From Octopus bimaculoides (lineage: Eukaryota): a stretch of DNA of 63,557 nucleotides. The notes beneath the pieces were generated by a model, which saw nothing but the letters and a program-made list of their open reading frames with translations, made no database searches and was not told the origin of the DNA. Below, one piece after another: positions 13,629 through 25,905 of this stretch. Position 1 is the first letter of the stretch, and each line of letters starts with the position of its first letter. Location of the stretch: the NCBI RefSeq assembly GCF_001194135.2, contig NC_068984.1, positions 13,332,453 through 13,396,009 of the forward strand, read 5' to 3'. The position numbers and the translations under genes were made by a program.

Positions 13629-14543
13629 ATATATATATATATGATAAATCTCTGAGCGAGGTATAAACAGTAGCAGCAGGACATCGTGAAGTACGTGTGC
13701 CACCTAAATGTGGCTAATCCTTAAGAGTCGACTCTACTGCAGCTTCTAGCCCCAGGAAGACATCTCCTCCAGCTGGCTATTGACACGCTATCTGTGTCCT
13801 ATCAGCATTTTCAAAGGGAAGTCATCGTTCCCATCTCCAGCCTGTCGTGATACACACGGACCCGAGTTTCTGGGTATTGACCCGTCGTATATTTGGACTA
13901 ATCCACTGTTGATATTTCTACTCTCACTTACTATTTTACTTCTACCTGCTTTTTACTCTCTATCCCTCTCCATATGATTCTTTCTCTTTTCCTCTTCTTC
14001 TTATTCCTCACTTTCACTTACTTCGGGCATTTATTTAAAATGCCCTGTCTTTATATACCGACTCATGGCGACGGGAAGTGATTCTCAATGCAAATATATA
14101 TACTTTTTCCATTGACGAAAAGTCACTGATCTCGAAAAATTGGAAACAAACAATAATAAAACTCTCTCTCTATATATATGTGAGTATATGCGTCTTTATA
14201 GCATTATCTTGCACTCGGCATATATATATATATANNNNNNNNNNNNNNNNNNNNNNNNNNNNNNNNNNNNNNNNNNNNNNNNNNNNNNNNNNNNNNNNNN
14301 NNNNNNNNNNNNNNNNNNNNNNNNNNNNNNNNNNNNNNNNNNNNNNNNNNNNNNNNNNNNNNNNNNNNNNNNNNNNNNNNNNNNNNNNNNNNNNNNNNNN
14401 NNNNNNNNNNNNNNNNNNNNNNNNNNNNNNNNNNNNNNNNNNNNNNNNNNNNNNNNNNNNNNNNNNNNNNNNNNNNNNNNNNNNNNNNNNNNNNNNNNNN
14501 NNNNNNNNNNNNNNNNNNNNNNNNNNNNNNNNNNNNNNNNNNN

Positions 14544-14584
<41 letters not shown>

Positions 14585-15527
14585 TATATTCGAATAAAAC
14601 ACGTTGGGGATCCCTAAATGGTCAATCTCAGTGCTAGAAAAAGCAGTCAAATGTTCTTGAAATTACGCGCTGCAGTTTTGAAATGAGAGACACGTTGGAT
14701 AATACAGTATCTGATCCTTGACTTGGTGCACAAGAGACAAACTGGGCTACTTAGAGCTGGCGCTTCTTTTTTGATCACACTTTTCCATCTGGACAGACCT
14801 ATTAGTAAATATCATAGGACAAATAATAACTCAACAACAACACTAACAACAACAACAACAACAGGAATGCAAGGAACGTATACGCATCTGCGAGTGCGTA
14901 TGCATCCATCAGAAAACAGAACCATACATGGAAGTATGAGAATGACAACGATGACGATGATGATGACAAAGTGCAGTTATACGGAATCGTATGGGTCTGT
15001 GCGTGTTAAACTCTCATACATTATAAACGCCTACCCGGATATAAACGAGAACTTAATGGCTAAATTTTGTAACAAGAAGTCAGTATGAATCCTTAGAAAT
15101 GACGGCAGACGAAGTGTTTATCGGAAAACACAGCTTAATACCGAAATCCAAGAAGGCATAGCTACTTATATTTCTGTATCTCTGAGTTAAATTATTATAA
15201 AGTTAGTAAATTATGTATGATAGGAACACTACTGTTAGTTTTTATTGATCTGACTTCATTATTCTTCACTGCTTGCCGTATTAATCCTTCGCTTCTGAAA
15301 TAATAACATTAATTTCTTCAGTAAAACTTTAACTGTAGATTAATATTTGAACGGTTTTATCGTCTCTCGTCTTCCATTTTTTTCTCTCTCTCTCTTTAAA
15401 TGAATTATTGGAGCATTAGAAAATGTCAAGGCGGCTGTTTAAATTATACAGTTTATATATTTTTTCTCTTCATCTTTACATAAAGTTAGTAGTGTTTCTA
15501 TCGGACCACGCACGCACACGCACACGA

Positions 15528-15567
<40 letters not shown>

Positions 15568-15639
15568 GCACACACACAGACACATATACACACATACACA
15601 CACATACACACACGTACACGCGTGCATGTGTGTATGTGT

Positions 15640-15869
15640 GGCGAGCTGGCAGAAATGTTAGCCCGCCGGGCGAAATGCTTAGCGGTATTTCGTCTGCCCG
15701 CTACGTTCTGAGTTCAAATTCCGCCGAGGTCGACTTTGCCTTTCATCCTTTCGGGGTCCATTAAATAAGTACCAGTTACGCACTGAGGTCGATGTAATCG
15801 ACTTAATCCGTTTGTCTGTCCTTGTTTGTCCTCTCTGTGTGTAGCCCCTTGTGGGCAGTAAAGAAATAA
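15640..15869 (+). mobile_element. SINE family A, full length, tail type 1
   Basis: Head ggcgagctggcagaaatgttag; B-box gagttcaaattcc; central ctttgcctttcatcctttcggggtc...aagtaccag; tail ...ccccttgtgggcagtaaagaaataa. Confidence 0.92.
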
Positions 15870-15899
15870 CACGTACACGCCGTTCCAACAAATATGGCC

Positions 15900-16590
15900 A
15901 TTGCGACGGTGACAACAATTCCCACCGCTGTTACCATTGCACCATTCCTATCAGCATTGCCGTTATTTTCGATATAATCATCACCACCACCATCATCATC
16001 ATCATCATCAACAACAACAACAACAACACAGATGCCACTAGCAGTAATATAACGACGACGACGATGACGACAACGCCGATGACAAACACCACCACCGCCA
16101 CCGCCGCCGTCGCCACTATCAGCACCACTACCACCTTAACAGCCGTTTCGACAGCAAAAGCTCTATCAACATCGTCATCACCGATAACAGGATGATCAAC
16201 TACCACTATGACCAACATAACATCCAGCACCAGCACCACCAGCACCACCAGCACAACCACCAAAACCACCACCACCACCACCACCAGCAAAACTACCACC
16301 AGTACCAACATCACCAGCTGCATTGCCACCGCCACCACCACAACTAACACCACCACGATGACTACGACGACGATGACCCCCCCCTGCCACGATGATGACT
16401 ACCACGGCTGCCACCATAACTACCGCCTCTAACAACAACGGTGACAGATTCCACAAGAAAGCTGTAAGAACATTGCCATAACACGACGACCTCCATCATT
16501 ACCATCACCAATACGACAACCATCACCACGCCACCACCACAACCACCACCAATACAGCCAAACGCATCACCATTACCACCAATACTGGTG
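15900..16590. repeat. Cryptic trinucleotide repeat tract (ACC/ACA/ATC/ACG mosaics)
   Basis: Interleaved (CAC)n, (CAT)n, (AAC)n and (ACG)n runs, giving spurious Thr/Val/Gly-rich ORFs. Confidence 0.9.
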
Positions 16591-16710
16591 TAAGACATCG
16601 TAAATATTCGGATATTTGACTCTCTCAGAGTCTGATTTTAACCAGTTGTAAATGTATGACACGAGTCTTTTACAGAACACCATTGTGAACACAAAACACA
16701 TACTCTATAC

Positions 16711-16760
16711 CAGTGTCTCTCAACGTGGGGCGTGGGAAAATTGGAGTGGGGCATGCGTTA
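16711..16760 (+). mobile_element. Possible hAT/Charlie-type left end
   Basis: ctctatac|CAGTGTCTCTCAACGTGGGG resembles a Charlie TIR next to a typical 8-bp target. No right end found. Confidence 0.3.
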
Positions 16761-18526
16761 GTGTGGGTTGTGAAAATTTTTGCAAGTGACTTGAGCGCAG
16801 ACTTGTCTACCCTATACTTGAATACTGAAAAGAAACGAAAAAAAAAACATCGCCATGCAATATTTATATTTAAACCATGGGAATTGATGTAGCTACGACC
16901 GATCAGCATACTGAGTGAGGTATCTGCATTTGTTAGGCGTTTGTTTCTCTGGTTCAATATCTGCCGATTACGCAAAAGGGAAAAGAACATTGACATCTCA
17001 TTTTAACAGATATATCTATCAAAATTACATAAAAAATATCTCGAAATACTAAAGAGTAAATTTATTCAATAAAGTCGTCATTGGCTGCAACTAAGGTCTC
17101 CAGACGACTGCGGAATCAAGAGGGAGTTAGGTGGCCAGATGTTAGGGGTCATGTAGTCGCAGAAATTGTCTGACAGTCATGACTGGGTTCTCCTACTTGT
17201 CATGAGGACAGATCTGGTATTCTGTCGTAATTTATACTCATAAGTGAAACCTACGGTAACGTTGTATCAATATCTACTTTCTTGACATTTGTTCATTATT
17301 TTAGAACAAATTAAAGCGAACAACCAAATAAAATAAATGAATAAATATAATTTTAACATGATAATTTTAATTCAGCTTGTTTTTTGAAATCTATTTCTTA
17401 AGAATTACTGTGTTTTTTTTTTACAGCAGACACATACATTTCAAAGTTTTTTTTTTATAAAAACAAATTCGATTTCAAATAGTTTATTTGATCATTTAAA
17501 ACCTAATTACTAATTCACATATTTATTTTAAATGATATAATCATTTATTCAAAATTAATAAAATTCAAATGAAAGAAACAAAAATAGAATTACAAAAAAT
17601 AATAATAAATAAATAAACATTTTAAAGTATTCGACATTTTAATGAAATTCTTTCAAATTAACATCAACAGACTTATGATGCATAAGTCAAATCTAATGAA
17701 TATTTACAAGCACGTATTCTTTTTATAGTACAAACCTAATAATATAATTTGTGGAGGAAGAAAAGCCCCCAAATATCCAGATAACTGAGAAAAATTCTAC
17801 AAAAAATTGCAATATTATTCCTCCTTAGTTTTCATTTTTCCATTCCTTATTACACCAATTTTTAAAGTTTCTTTCAACATGTTTCAAATGTCTGGTGGCA
17901 TCATTATTATTGTACTCGCACGTATTGTGGCAGTATGTATGCTAAAATTGGAACGAAAGAAAGAAGAATTATATGCACCCAGCGCAAGGATGGTACGTAA
18001 ATTCGTGGAGCTTTATTTGGATATTCTGGCGGGTTTCGGTGAGGAAGAGAGAAAGGGAGGGAGAGAGAAAGAGTGTGAGAGAGATAGAGAGAGAAAAAGG
18101 AGGTAGTGTGGGGGTGGGGGAGAAATGTTTAAAAAAAGACACTTAAGATATGAACAAAGAAAGCTTAAACTAAATCCAAATGCTGTACCAGGACCATGCA
18201 TCTGGTCACCTGACAATTATTAGTTATTTTCTGCAATTTGCTCTCGTAAGCCAAGCAACCCTACTCTCCCTGCGTGAGGTTTTTTCTTTTCGTAAACGTG
18301 GGATTCACCAAAACAGCTCTTTGTTTTCAAATTATAAATGATCCCCCCAAAAGGTTACTACGAGAACTGCGAATTATCTCAGAAATTATGTTCCAAGATG
18401 CATTCTAAAACCAAGAAAAATGTTAGGAGCGGTGGACCAAGAACAAAAGGAGTTCTTTGGTTGGTGACACGTTAAATTATATTGTAAGGCAATAGACTGT
18501 CTTTGTCTTCAGTTTATTGTTTTACT

Positions 18527-18799
18527 CTTTTATTCATTTATTTGTTTCATTTGACTGCGGCCATGCTAGAGCACCACTTCGATCAAATCGTTAAACATTT
18601 TGCCCAGCTAGCTAACGATTCCGCCAGCTTGCCTTGTACGTACGTACGTATGTATGTATGTATGTATGTATGTATGTATGTATGTATGTATGTATGTATG
18701 TATGCGTAGTACTTATTCTATCGGTCTCTTAAGCCGATCCTCTAAGTTACGGGGAATTAAACACACCAGCATCTGTTGTAAAGGGATGGCGAGCGACAA

Positions 18800-18883
<84 letters not shown>

Positions 18884-19060
18884 ATGTGTGTGTGTGTGTG
18901 TATACGACTTACAAGGCTTTGGTCGGCCCGAGGCTACAGTAGAAGACATGTGTCCAAGTTGCCACGCAATGGGATTGAACCTGGAACCATGTGGGTTCTG
19001 TCCCACTGCGTGGTACCTGGGGCAAGTGTTTTCTACTATAGCCTCGGGTCTACCAAAGCC
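18527..19060. mobile_element. Fragmented SINE family B interrupted by microsatellites, ending in a head-to-head inverted duplication
   Basis: Minus-strand tail (18527-18575), middle (18706-18800) and head (18905-18992), then a plus-strand head/core copy (18993-19058). A family A head fragment lies at about 18590-18635. Confidence 0.8.
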
Positions 19061-19113
19061 GGTGACTTTTTTAACAGACCTCATATTAATACAAGCACAC
19101 TAGCGCCAATATC

Positions 19114-19317
19114 ACAGAATCGTTATCACGCCGGTCAAAATGCTTAGCGGCAGTTCGTCCGTCTTTACTTTCTGATTTTAAATTCCACTAAGCTTGAATT
19201 TTCCTTTCATCCTTTCGGGGTTGATAAAAATGAGTACCATTTGAGCACTGGGGTCGATATAATCGACTTACTCCCTCCCTTGAAATTTCTGGCCTTGTGC
19301 CAAAAGTGGAAACCGAT
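19114..19317 (+). mobile_element. SINE family A, tail type 2
   Basis: Central cctttcatcctttcggggttgataaaaatgagtacc; tail ccctcccttgaaatttctggccttgtgcc. Confidence 0.85.
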
Positions 19318-19358
19318 AAATACACGCGCGCACACTTACTCGCACACACGCAAACAGA

Positions 19359-19416
<58 letters not shown>

Positions 19417-19835
19417 CGCACACACACACATACACACACACACACACACACGGATTTGTGTGTGTGTCCCGCACGTGTGTGTGCGCGTGTGTGTGTCTGT
19501 GTGTGTATTTCTTTAGTCAAGCTTCAAACATCTTAAATTCAACATGAAAGGGAATTTATGGCGATTATGCGATTTCTAAATACCGTAATGTTATAACAAA
19601 AAAATAATACATTCAACCAGGAATCGTACCCAAAATTGAATTGTTGCCTCCATCAATCGAGAGTTGCCTTTCGTCTTTGTGTATTGGCAATATACTGTAA
19701 TTACTTATTACATCACATGTGAACAGAACAAGCATCATTCCAATATCGAAACAAGAATACCGTCTCCATTCACTTGGAGCTAACTTAGTTTCGTTACTGC
19801 ATTTGTATTGATACGTTATTGATTTCTAACAGTAG

Positions 19836-20028
19836 TGTGGTCCCGAAATTGTGGCGAAGGTTTAGTATAGTCGATTATATCGACACAACTATTTGATTGA
19901 TACTTTATTTTATCGACCTCGGAAAGATGAAAGGCAAAGTGGAATTGAACGCAAAACGGAAAATGACATAACTAAATATCTCAGGATATTTGTCTGAGGG
20001 TTTAATATTTCTACCAATCCTCAGCCTT
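19836..20028 (-). mobile_element. SINE family A, old copy
   Basis: ttttatcgacctcggaaagatgaaaggcaaagt is the reverse complement of the central domain. Confidence 0.7.
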
Positions 20029-20574
20029 TGTGTATCGCTGAGTGGCATGCATATATGAGGATCATAGATTTTCGAAAGAATAATTTTCCTATACCATTGA
20101 TTATAAGTAAAAGCCTCAGAGTCGAAAGTTGAAATTACAGGCTCCGTAAGAGGGTTATGGAAGCTTTGTAGTAATCCAAAATTTCACTGAATGTAATTGA
20201 CATTGAATTGTTTTTGCCGCATAGTCACAAAATTGTGTAAATAATATATTTCCCATACAAATAACCAATTCTGGCTCCCATGCAATAATAAATTTCTAAA
20301 ATATTGACCTGTTATCAGCGCTAAGCCTCATATATATGTGTAGCAATATATATATGATTATGGAAACCCCTGTACTGTGAACTGACTTTTACTTTATATA
20401 GCATGGAAAGAATAAAGACCAAATCCACTTCGGCTGGATTCGAAAGTGCGACACATCGAGGCCTAATATACTGCAGTAACTCATTCGTCCAACCCAATTC
20501 TGCCCATGTACCGCGCCTTTTCAGTATTCCATTGATTCAGATACTTATAAATCATTTTATGTATCATGTATTTT

Positions 20575-20780
20575 TTTTAAATTTTGGGACGAAGCCAACA
20601 AGTTTGCAGAAAGGGGTAAACTGATTGTAGCGACCCCAATGCTCAAGCAATAATTATTTTATTGACTCCGAAGGAAAGGTAAAGTCAGTCTTGATGGAAT
20701 TTGAACTTAGAAATCAAAGACGGGAGAAATGCCGCTAAACATTTTGCCCGACGTGCTAACGATTCTGCCAGCTCACCTTG
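20575..20780 (-). mobile_element. SINE family A, tail type 2
   Basis: ...ggaatttgaac...aaacattttgcccgacgtgctaacgattctgccagctcacc is the reverse complement of the head. Confidence 0.85.
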
Positions 20781-20784
20781 TACG

Positions 20785-21245
20785 TTTGTATGTCTCTTCA
20801 ATTTTTTTTTAATTACTATAAATCTTCCACAGTGGAGGGAGCCGGTTTCCCACATAGATATGAAGCTCCATCTTTGGGATGTAGTTAACACAGACAAATT
20901 CAAATTTGGAACTTGAGAAAACTCTTGCATATTTTTACTGTTCCACTCACAGATTGCACTTGTATGTACGAATGAACCGTCGATTTCTCTTCCTGAAAAC
21001 CCCAGTTTATCTAGATTCTCCTTTCAGTATTTACTAACACATCCCAGTGCTCCAATTATTATTGGAATGAGTAGGAATTCATAGTCTGGATATAGAAGCT
21101 GGAGGTTTCGAAGCAGTTGTTCACAGATATCCTCTTTTTCTTTGATTTTCAAAGAGATATTTATATTTTCAGGGTAGCTGACCTCTACGACGGTACACAC
21201 CTTTGCCCATCTGTCCCAAATAACAATATCCGGCCTGTTTTACAT
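20785..21245 (-). mobile_element. R4/Dong-like LINE 3' end (restriction-like endonuclease domain plus 3' UTR), copy 1
   Basis: Minus translation NRPDIVIWDRWAKVCTVVEVSYPENINISLKIKEKED...LLYPDYEFLLIPIIIGALG...QVQSVSGTVKICKSFLKFQI* carries the RPD...E RLE motif and the PIIIGALG signature. Confidence 0.88.
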
Positions 21246-21251
21246 TTACCA

Positions 21252-21545
21252 TGTATGTATGTATGTATGTATGTATGTATGTATGTATGTATGTATGTAT
21301 GTATGCATGTATGTATGTATGTGTGTATGTATGTATGTATGTATGTGTGTATGTATGTGTGTATGTATGTATGTATGCATGTATGTATGTATGTATGTGT
21401 GTATGTATGTATGTATGTATGTTTGCATGTATGTATGTGTGTATGTATGTTTGCATGTATGTATGTATGTGTGTATGTATGTATGTATGTATGCATAGAT
21501 GTATGTATGTATGTATGCATGTATGCATGTATGTATGTATGTATA
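21252..21545. repeat. (TATG)n / (CATA)n microsatellite
   Basis: About 290 bp of imperfect TATG units between two LINE 3' ends. Confidence 0.97.
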
Positions 21546-21547
21546 TA

Positions 21548-21935
21548 TGTCGTTATTTAGTTTTATTTCAAGATTTCTTGTCAATAGAGAGAGAGTCAGT
21601 TTCTAACCTAAATCCAAGGCTCCTTCATTAGAATTTCAGCAATATGAAGATATGTATGTATGTATGTATGTATGTATGTGTGTGTGTGTGTAGATTATGT
21701 ATGCTTTATGTATGTATTCTCATGTATATAGCGGCATATCTAGATATGCTCATATATACTTTAATGATAAACATCTGGAAAGTTTTACAAATTTTTATAG
21801 TTCCAGTGATAGATTGGATCAGCAGTCTAAATTAGCTTTCTCCTTTCTGGTTTTGGGAAGCTTAATTTCTCAAGATTGATATCTAGGTAGTTGTTACATA
21901 TCCCAGTTCCCCAATAATTACAGGTATAAACCTGA
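21548..21935 (-). mobile_element. R4/Dong-like LINE 3' end, copy 2 (related to copy 1)
   Basis: Minus translation FRFIPVIIGELGYVTT...NLEKLSFPKPERRKLI...IQSITGTIKICKTFQMFI. Its 3' UTR (gaaggagccttggatttaggttagaaactg...) is similar to copy 1's UTR. Confidence 0.85.
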
Positions 21936-22104
21936 ACTGAATGTATAAATGTATATATGTATATATATATATATATGTATGTATTTACGTTTGTATCTGT
22001 CTGTCTGTCTGACTGTCTAAACTCGCAAAGATCCTGGTTCTGATTCTAATAAATTTTATGTATTTAGAAAGCCGTTTGCTACGACAATGTGGAATATATA
22101 TATT

Positions 22105-22201
<97 letters not shown>

Positions 22202-22938
22202 ACAGACACAGACACACACACACAAATAGATAGACAGACAGATACTCACGTTTTGAAAAATATTTTGTTTGTATAACGAAACATCTGTGCATGTGCGTGT
22301 GTGTGTGCGAGAGAGAGAGAGAGGGGGAGAGAGGGAGAGAGGGACAGTATACGAGCGGGTGTGTATGCGTGTATGACTATGGGTGTGTGTGCATCTGTTA
22401 GTATTTGATTGTTACAGTTTTACGCCATTATAATAATTTATGTAAAAACTTATAATAGAGCTACACACATATATAGACGTTCTAAGGAGGAGTAAAAGGT
22501 GGAGGTGAAGCAGCATCTACAGCTGTAGTGTATGTTGTAGAAAAGAAATATTCTGTGAAGAAATTTCTAGATACATCGTACAAATTAATGTATCGATGTT
22601 GCCTTTAGTAGGGCCATTATCTTAAGGAATGATCAAAGATATACGTACATACATACATACATACATACATACATACATTATTTCCACCAGAAATGAGGAA
22701 AACTGCATGAAGCGATTAAGACGTAGAATGGAGCCAATAGAAAAGGAGAAGAACGGGAAGAACAATGTTAATACAATCAGGAGTCGGGGAGAAAAGGAAT
22801 GGTAATAAGCGATATAGGCACAAAGAACCACCATCTTGAAATACAAGAAAGGAAATGCGTGAAGAATATAATTACTAATTTGAATCAGGGCAACAGCAAG
22901 GCAGCAAGAATGAGGAGTCCTACAGTATGTAAACATTC

Positions 22939-22972
<34 letters not shown>

Positions 22973-23873
22973 CATATACATATATATACATGTATATATA
23001 TACTTATATATATATATACATACATATATATATATATNNNNNNNNNNNNNNNNNNNNNNNNNNNNNNNNNNNNNNNNNNNNNNNNNNNNNNNNNNNNNNN
23101 NNNNNNNNNNNNNNNNNNNNNNNNNNNNNNNNNNNNNNNNNNNNNNNNNNNNNNNNNNNNNNNNNNNNNNNNNNNNNNNNNNNNNNNNNNNNNNNNNNNN
23201 NNNNNNNNNNNNNNNNNNNNNNNNNNNNNNNNNNNNNNNNNNNNNNNNNNNNNNNNNNNNNNNNNNNNNNNNNNNNNNNNNNNNNNNNNNNNNNNNNNNN
23301 NNNNNNNNNNNNNNNNNNNNNNNNNNNNNNNNNNNNNNNNNNNNNNNNNNNNNNNNNNNNNNNNNNNNNNNNNNNNNNNNNNNNNNNNNNNNNNNNNNNN
23401 NNNNNNNNNNNNNNNNNNNNNNNNNNNNNNNNNNNNNNNNNNNNNNNNNNNNNNNNNNNNNNNNNNNNNNNNNNNNNNNNNNNNNNNNNNNNNNNNNNNN
23501 NNNNNNNNNNNNNNNNNNNNNNNNNNNNNNNNNNNNNNNNNNNNNNNNNNNNNNNNNNNNNNNNNNNNNNNNNNNNNNNNNNNNNNNNNNNNNNNNNNNN
23601 NNNNNNNNNNNNNNNNNNNNNNNNNNNNNNNNNNNNNNNNNNNNNNNNNNNNNNNNNNNNNNNNNNNNNNNNNNNNNNNNNNNNNNNNNNNNNNNNNNNN
23701 NNNNNNNNNNNNNNNNNNNNNNNNNNTATATATGTATATATATGTATATATACATCTATATACATATATATATATATGCATGCATATATATACTAATACA
23801 TATATATGTATATATATATATACATATACATATATATACATGTATATATATACTTATATATATATATACATAC

Positions 23874-23908
<35 letters not shown>

Positions 23909-24407
23909 CGTATAGTGTGTCCGCATCTGTTTATGTATATATGTGACTAATGTATATGTAGACGTACGTATCTACATGGAAGTACTGGGGTATCAGTCTT
24001 ATTTGAGGATGAAATTGTGTACACTGTGTGTTGGCATGACAACTACAAGTCACATGTGAAATCGAGGAATTAATGATAGATGTTGTGTGGGTGCTTTGAT
24101 ACTGAAAGTATTATCCTATTTTCTGATAAATTTTGACAAATTCCTCTACAAATGAGCAGTAATTTATTTTTAGATAACCAAAACAAAAAAAAACAAACAA
24201 ACAAATCGCTAATAATTATATGCTTATAGATATGCCAATACACACAAGTACACCCACACACTCTCTCACACACAAGCGCACACATACACACACACATACA
24301 CACACACATGCTGCACAGACACTCAGACACACACACAGACATAGATGGGAAACACATACACGTGTTGGTGTTAATAAACGTCATTACCGGTTGCAATCTG
24401 ATCGTTC

Positions 24408-24641
24408 TAATTTCTTCATTGCCCATCAGGGGCTGAACATAGAGGGGACGAACAAGGACAGGCAAAGGGATTAAATCGATTACATCGACCCCAGTGCGTA
24501 ACTGGTACTTAATTTATCGACCCCTAAAGGATGAAAGCCAAAGTTGACCTCGGCGGAATTTGAACTCAGAACGTAACGACACACGAAATACCGCTAAGCA
24601 TTTCGCCCTGCGTGCTAACGTTTCTGCCATCTCACCGCCTT
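24408..24641 (-). mobile_element. SINE family A, full length, tail type 1
   Basis: Reverse complement of 15640-15869 at high similarity. Confidence 0.92.
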
Positions 24642-24789
24642 GCATTCTAATCATTCTGTCACTCGCTGATGAGAGTGACGTATATATTCCAAATTTTCTA
24701 TACGGTATCAGTGTCATTTAAAAGGATATGAAGAATTCGAAAATGTATTGAATGTAGGAACTTGCACTAATTTTTCTCTTACCTTTGTC

Positions 24790-25905
24790 TTAAGATGCTT
24801 TTACATATCTTTCATTTCTACCGTCAAAACCTTGGCAAGGCAGTGGAATGTTTCAAGATGTCATGAACAATGATGGCGAATATTTTTATTTCTTTATTAT
24901 GGAACCTTTTTATAAGTCGTGCAATATCATCTTGTGTTGGCTCAACACACACTTTGACAACAAGAAGGTCTACCATTTCCTCAATTATTTTCATAATGAT
25001 ACCATCCATTGAGAAGATTAGAATAGTGCTGTACTCGTTGTTTCTGTATGGATTTCTCATCATTAAAGCGTTATTGGCTCTCATCAGATCCCATTGGAGC
25101 TGTAGTCCGTGATCTTGGGCCAAAAAGAAAAAAAGGGCTGTTGTATTTTTACGGTCTATAAGACCTTGCGCATCTTTTGTTTAGAATATATTTGTTTAGT
25201 TTTTTTCTTTTTATAAAGAAGATAAGTAATTACTAACCATTGTCAACAAACCAGTCCGGTACTTTCTTAGATTTGTAGCCCAGAGTGGAAGATTTCACAT
25301 CATGAATTTGTAATTTGAAATTCTCCTATGGATTTTCTTGTTCAAGTGAGACACCACTTATTGCATCCCGTAAACTTTGCGATAAATTAGGGGAAATTAA
25401 GGTCTGTTATATTAATTCTGTTTGGTACGCTAGTCTCCTTTACTAATTTGGGGCTGGATTGACAGATTAAACCTCCCTCTCTTTAGCCTACAGTCTGTCC
25501 AGGATTTTTCTCCTCTCATAGCTCGGACACTACGTACTTCTTTAAAATCTGGTTTGCAAACCATGACACACTCAGTAAGGTACCTGCGCTTATAACTTGG
25601 ATACTTCCAGGTTGTTCTATATTTATTTTTCTACTGAAAGAAAATGCTTGCTATCACAAGTCGATGTTCAGTGTAAAAGGTAAGGCATGAGATGCAATGT
25701 TGGCGACATTTTCCTACACCATGATTACCCAATTTTGTGCATGCCATGAAATCAGACCCAACCTTTGAATTAAAGTCACCGATAATTACTAGTTTATCAG
25801 AAGCTGACACATTTCTCATCAGTTCTCCAAGTTCCTTGCAGAATTTTTCAGCAGCAGCTTTTGTATGTGAAATTGCAGATGCGTAAACGCTAATGTATGT
25901 GTGTG
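24790..25905 (-). mobile_element. RTE-clade LINE fragment (APE endonuclease through linker), pseudogenised
   Basis: Minus translations TYISVYAS...ELMRNVSASDKLVIIGDFNSKVG...LGNHGVGKC; QKNKYRTTWKYP...VRAMRG..SWTDCRL; FNDEKSIQKQRVQHYSNLLN; EPTQDDIARLIK. These follow the RTE ORF2 order (GDFN and TDHRL-like APE motifs). Confidence 0.9.

Noticed and set aside
15851-16598. Thr-, Val- and Gly-rich ORFs resembling mucins
   Set aside because: Open frames on both strands arise from a trinucleotide mosaic. There are no splice or domain features.
24657-24680. CTGATGA in a GTCACTC/GAGTGAC hairpin
   Set aside because: There is no GAAA half or stem III, so it is not a hammerhead.
24824-25123. 99-aa ORF that looks like a host exon
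   Set aside because: It is part of the decayed RTE LINE; adjacent frames give RTE linker motifs.
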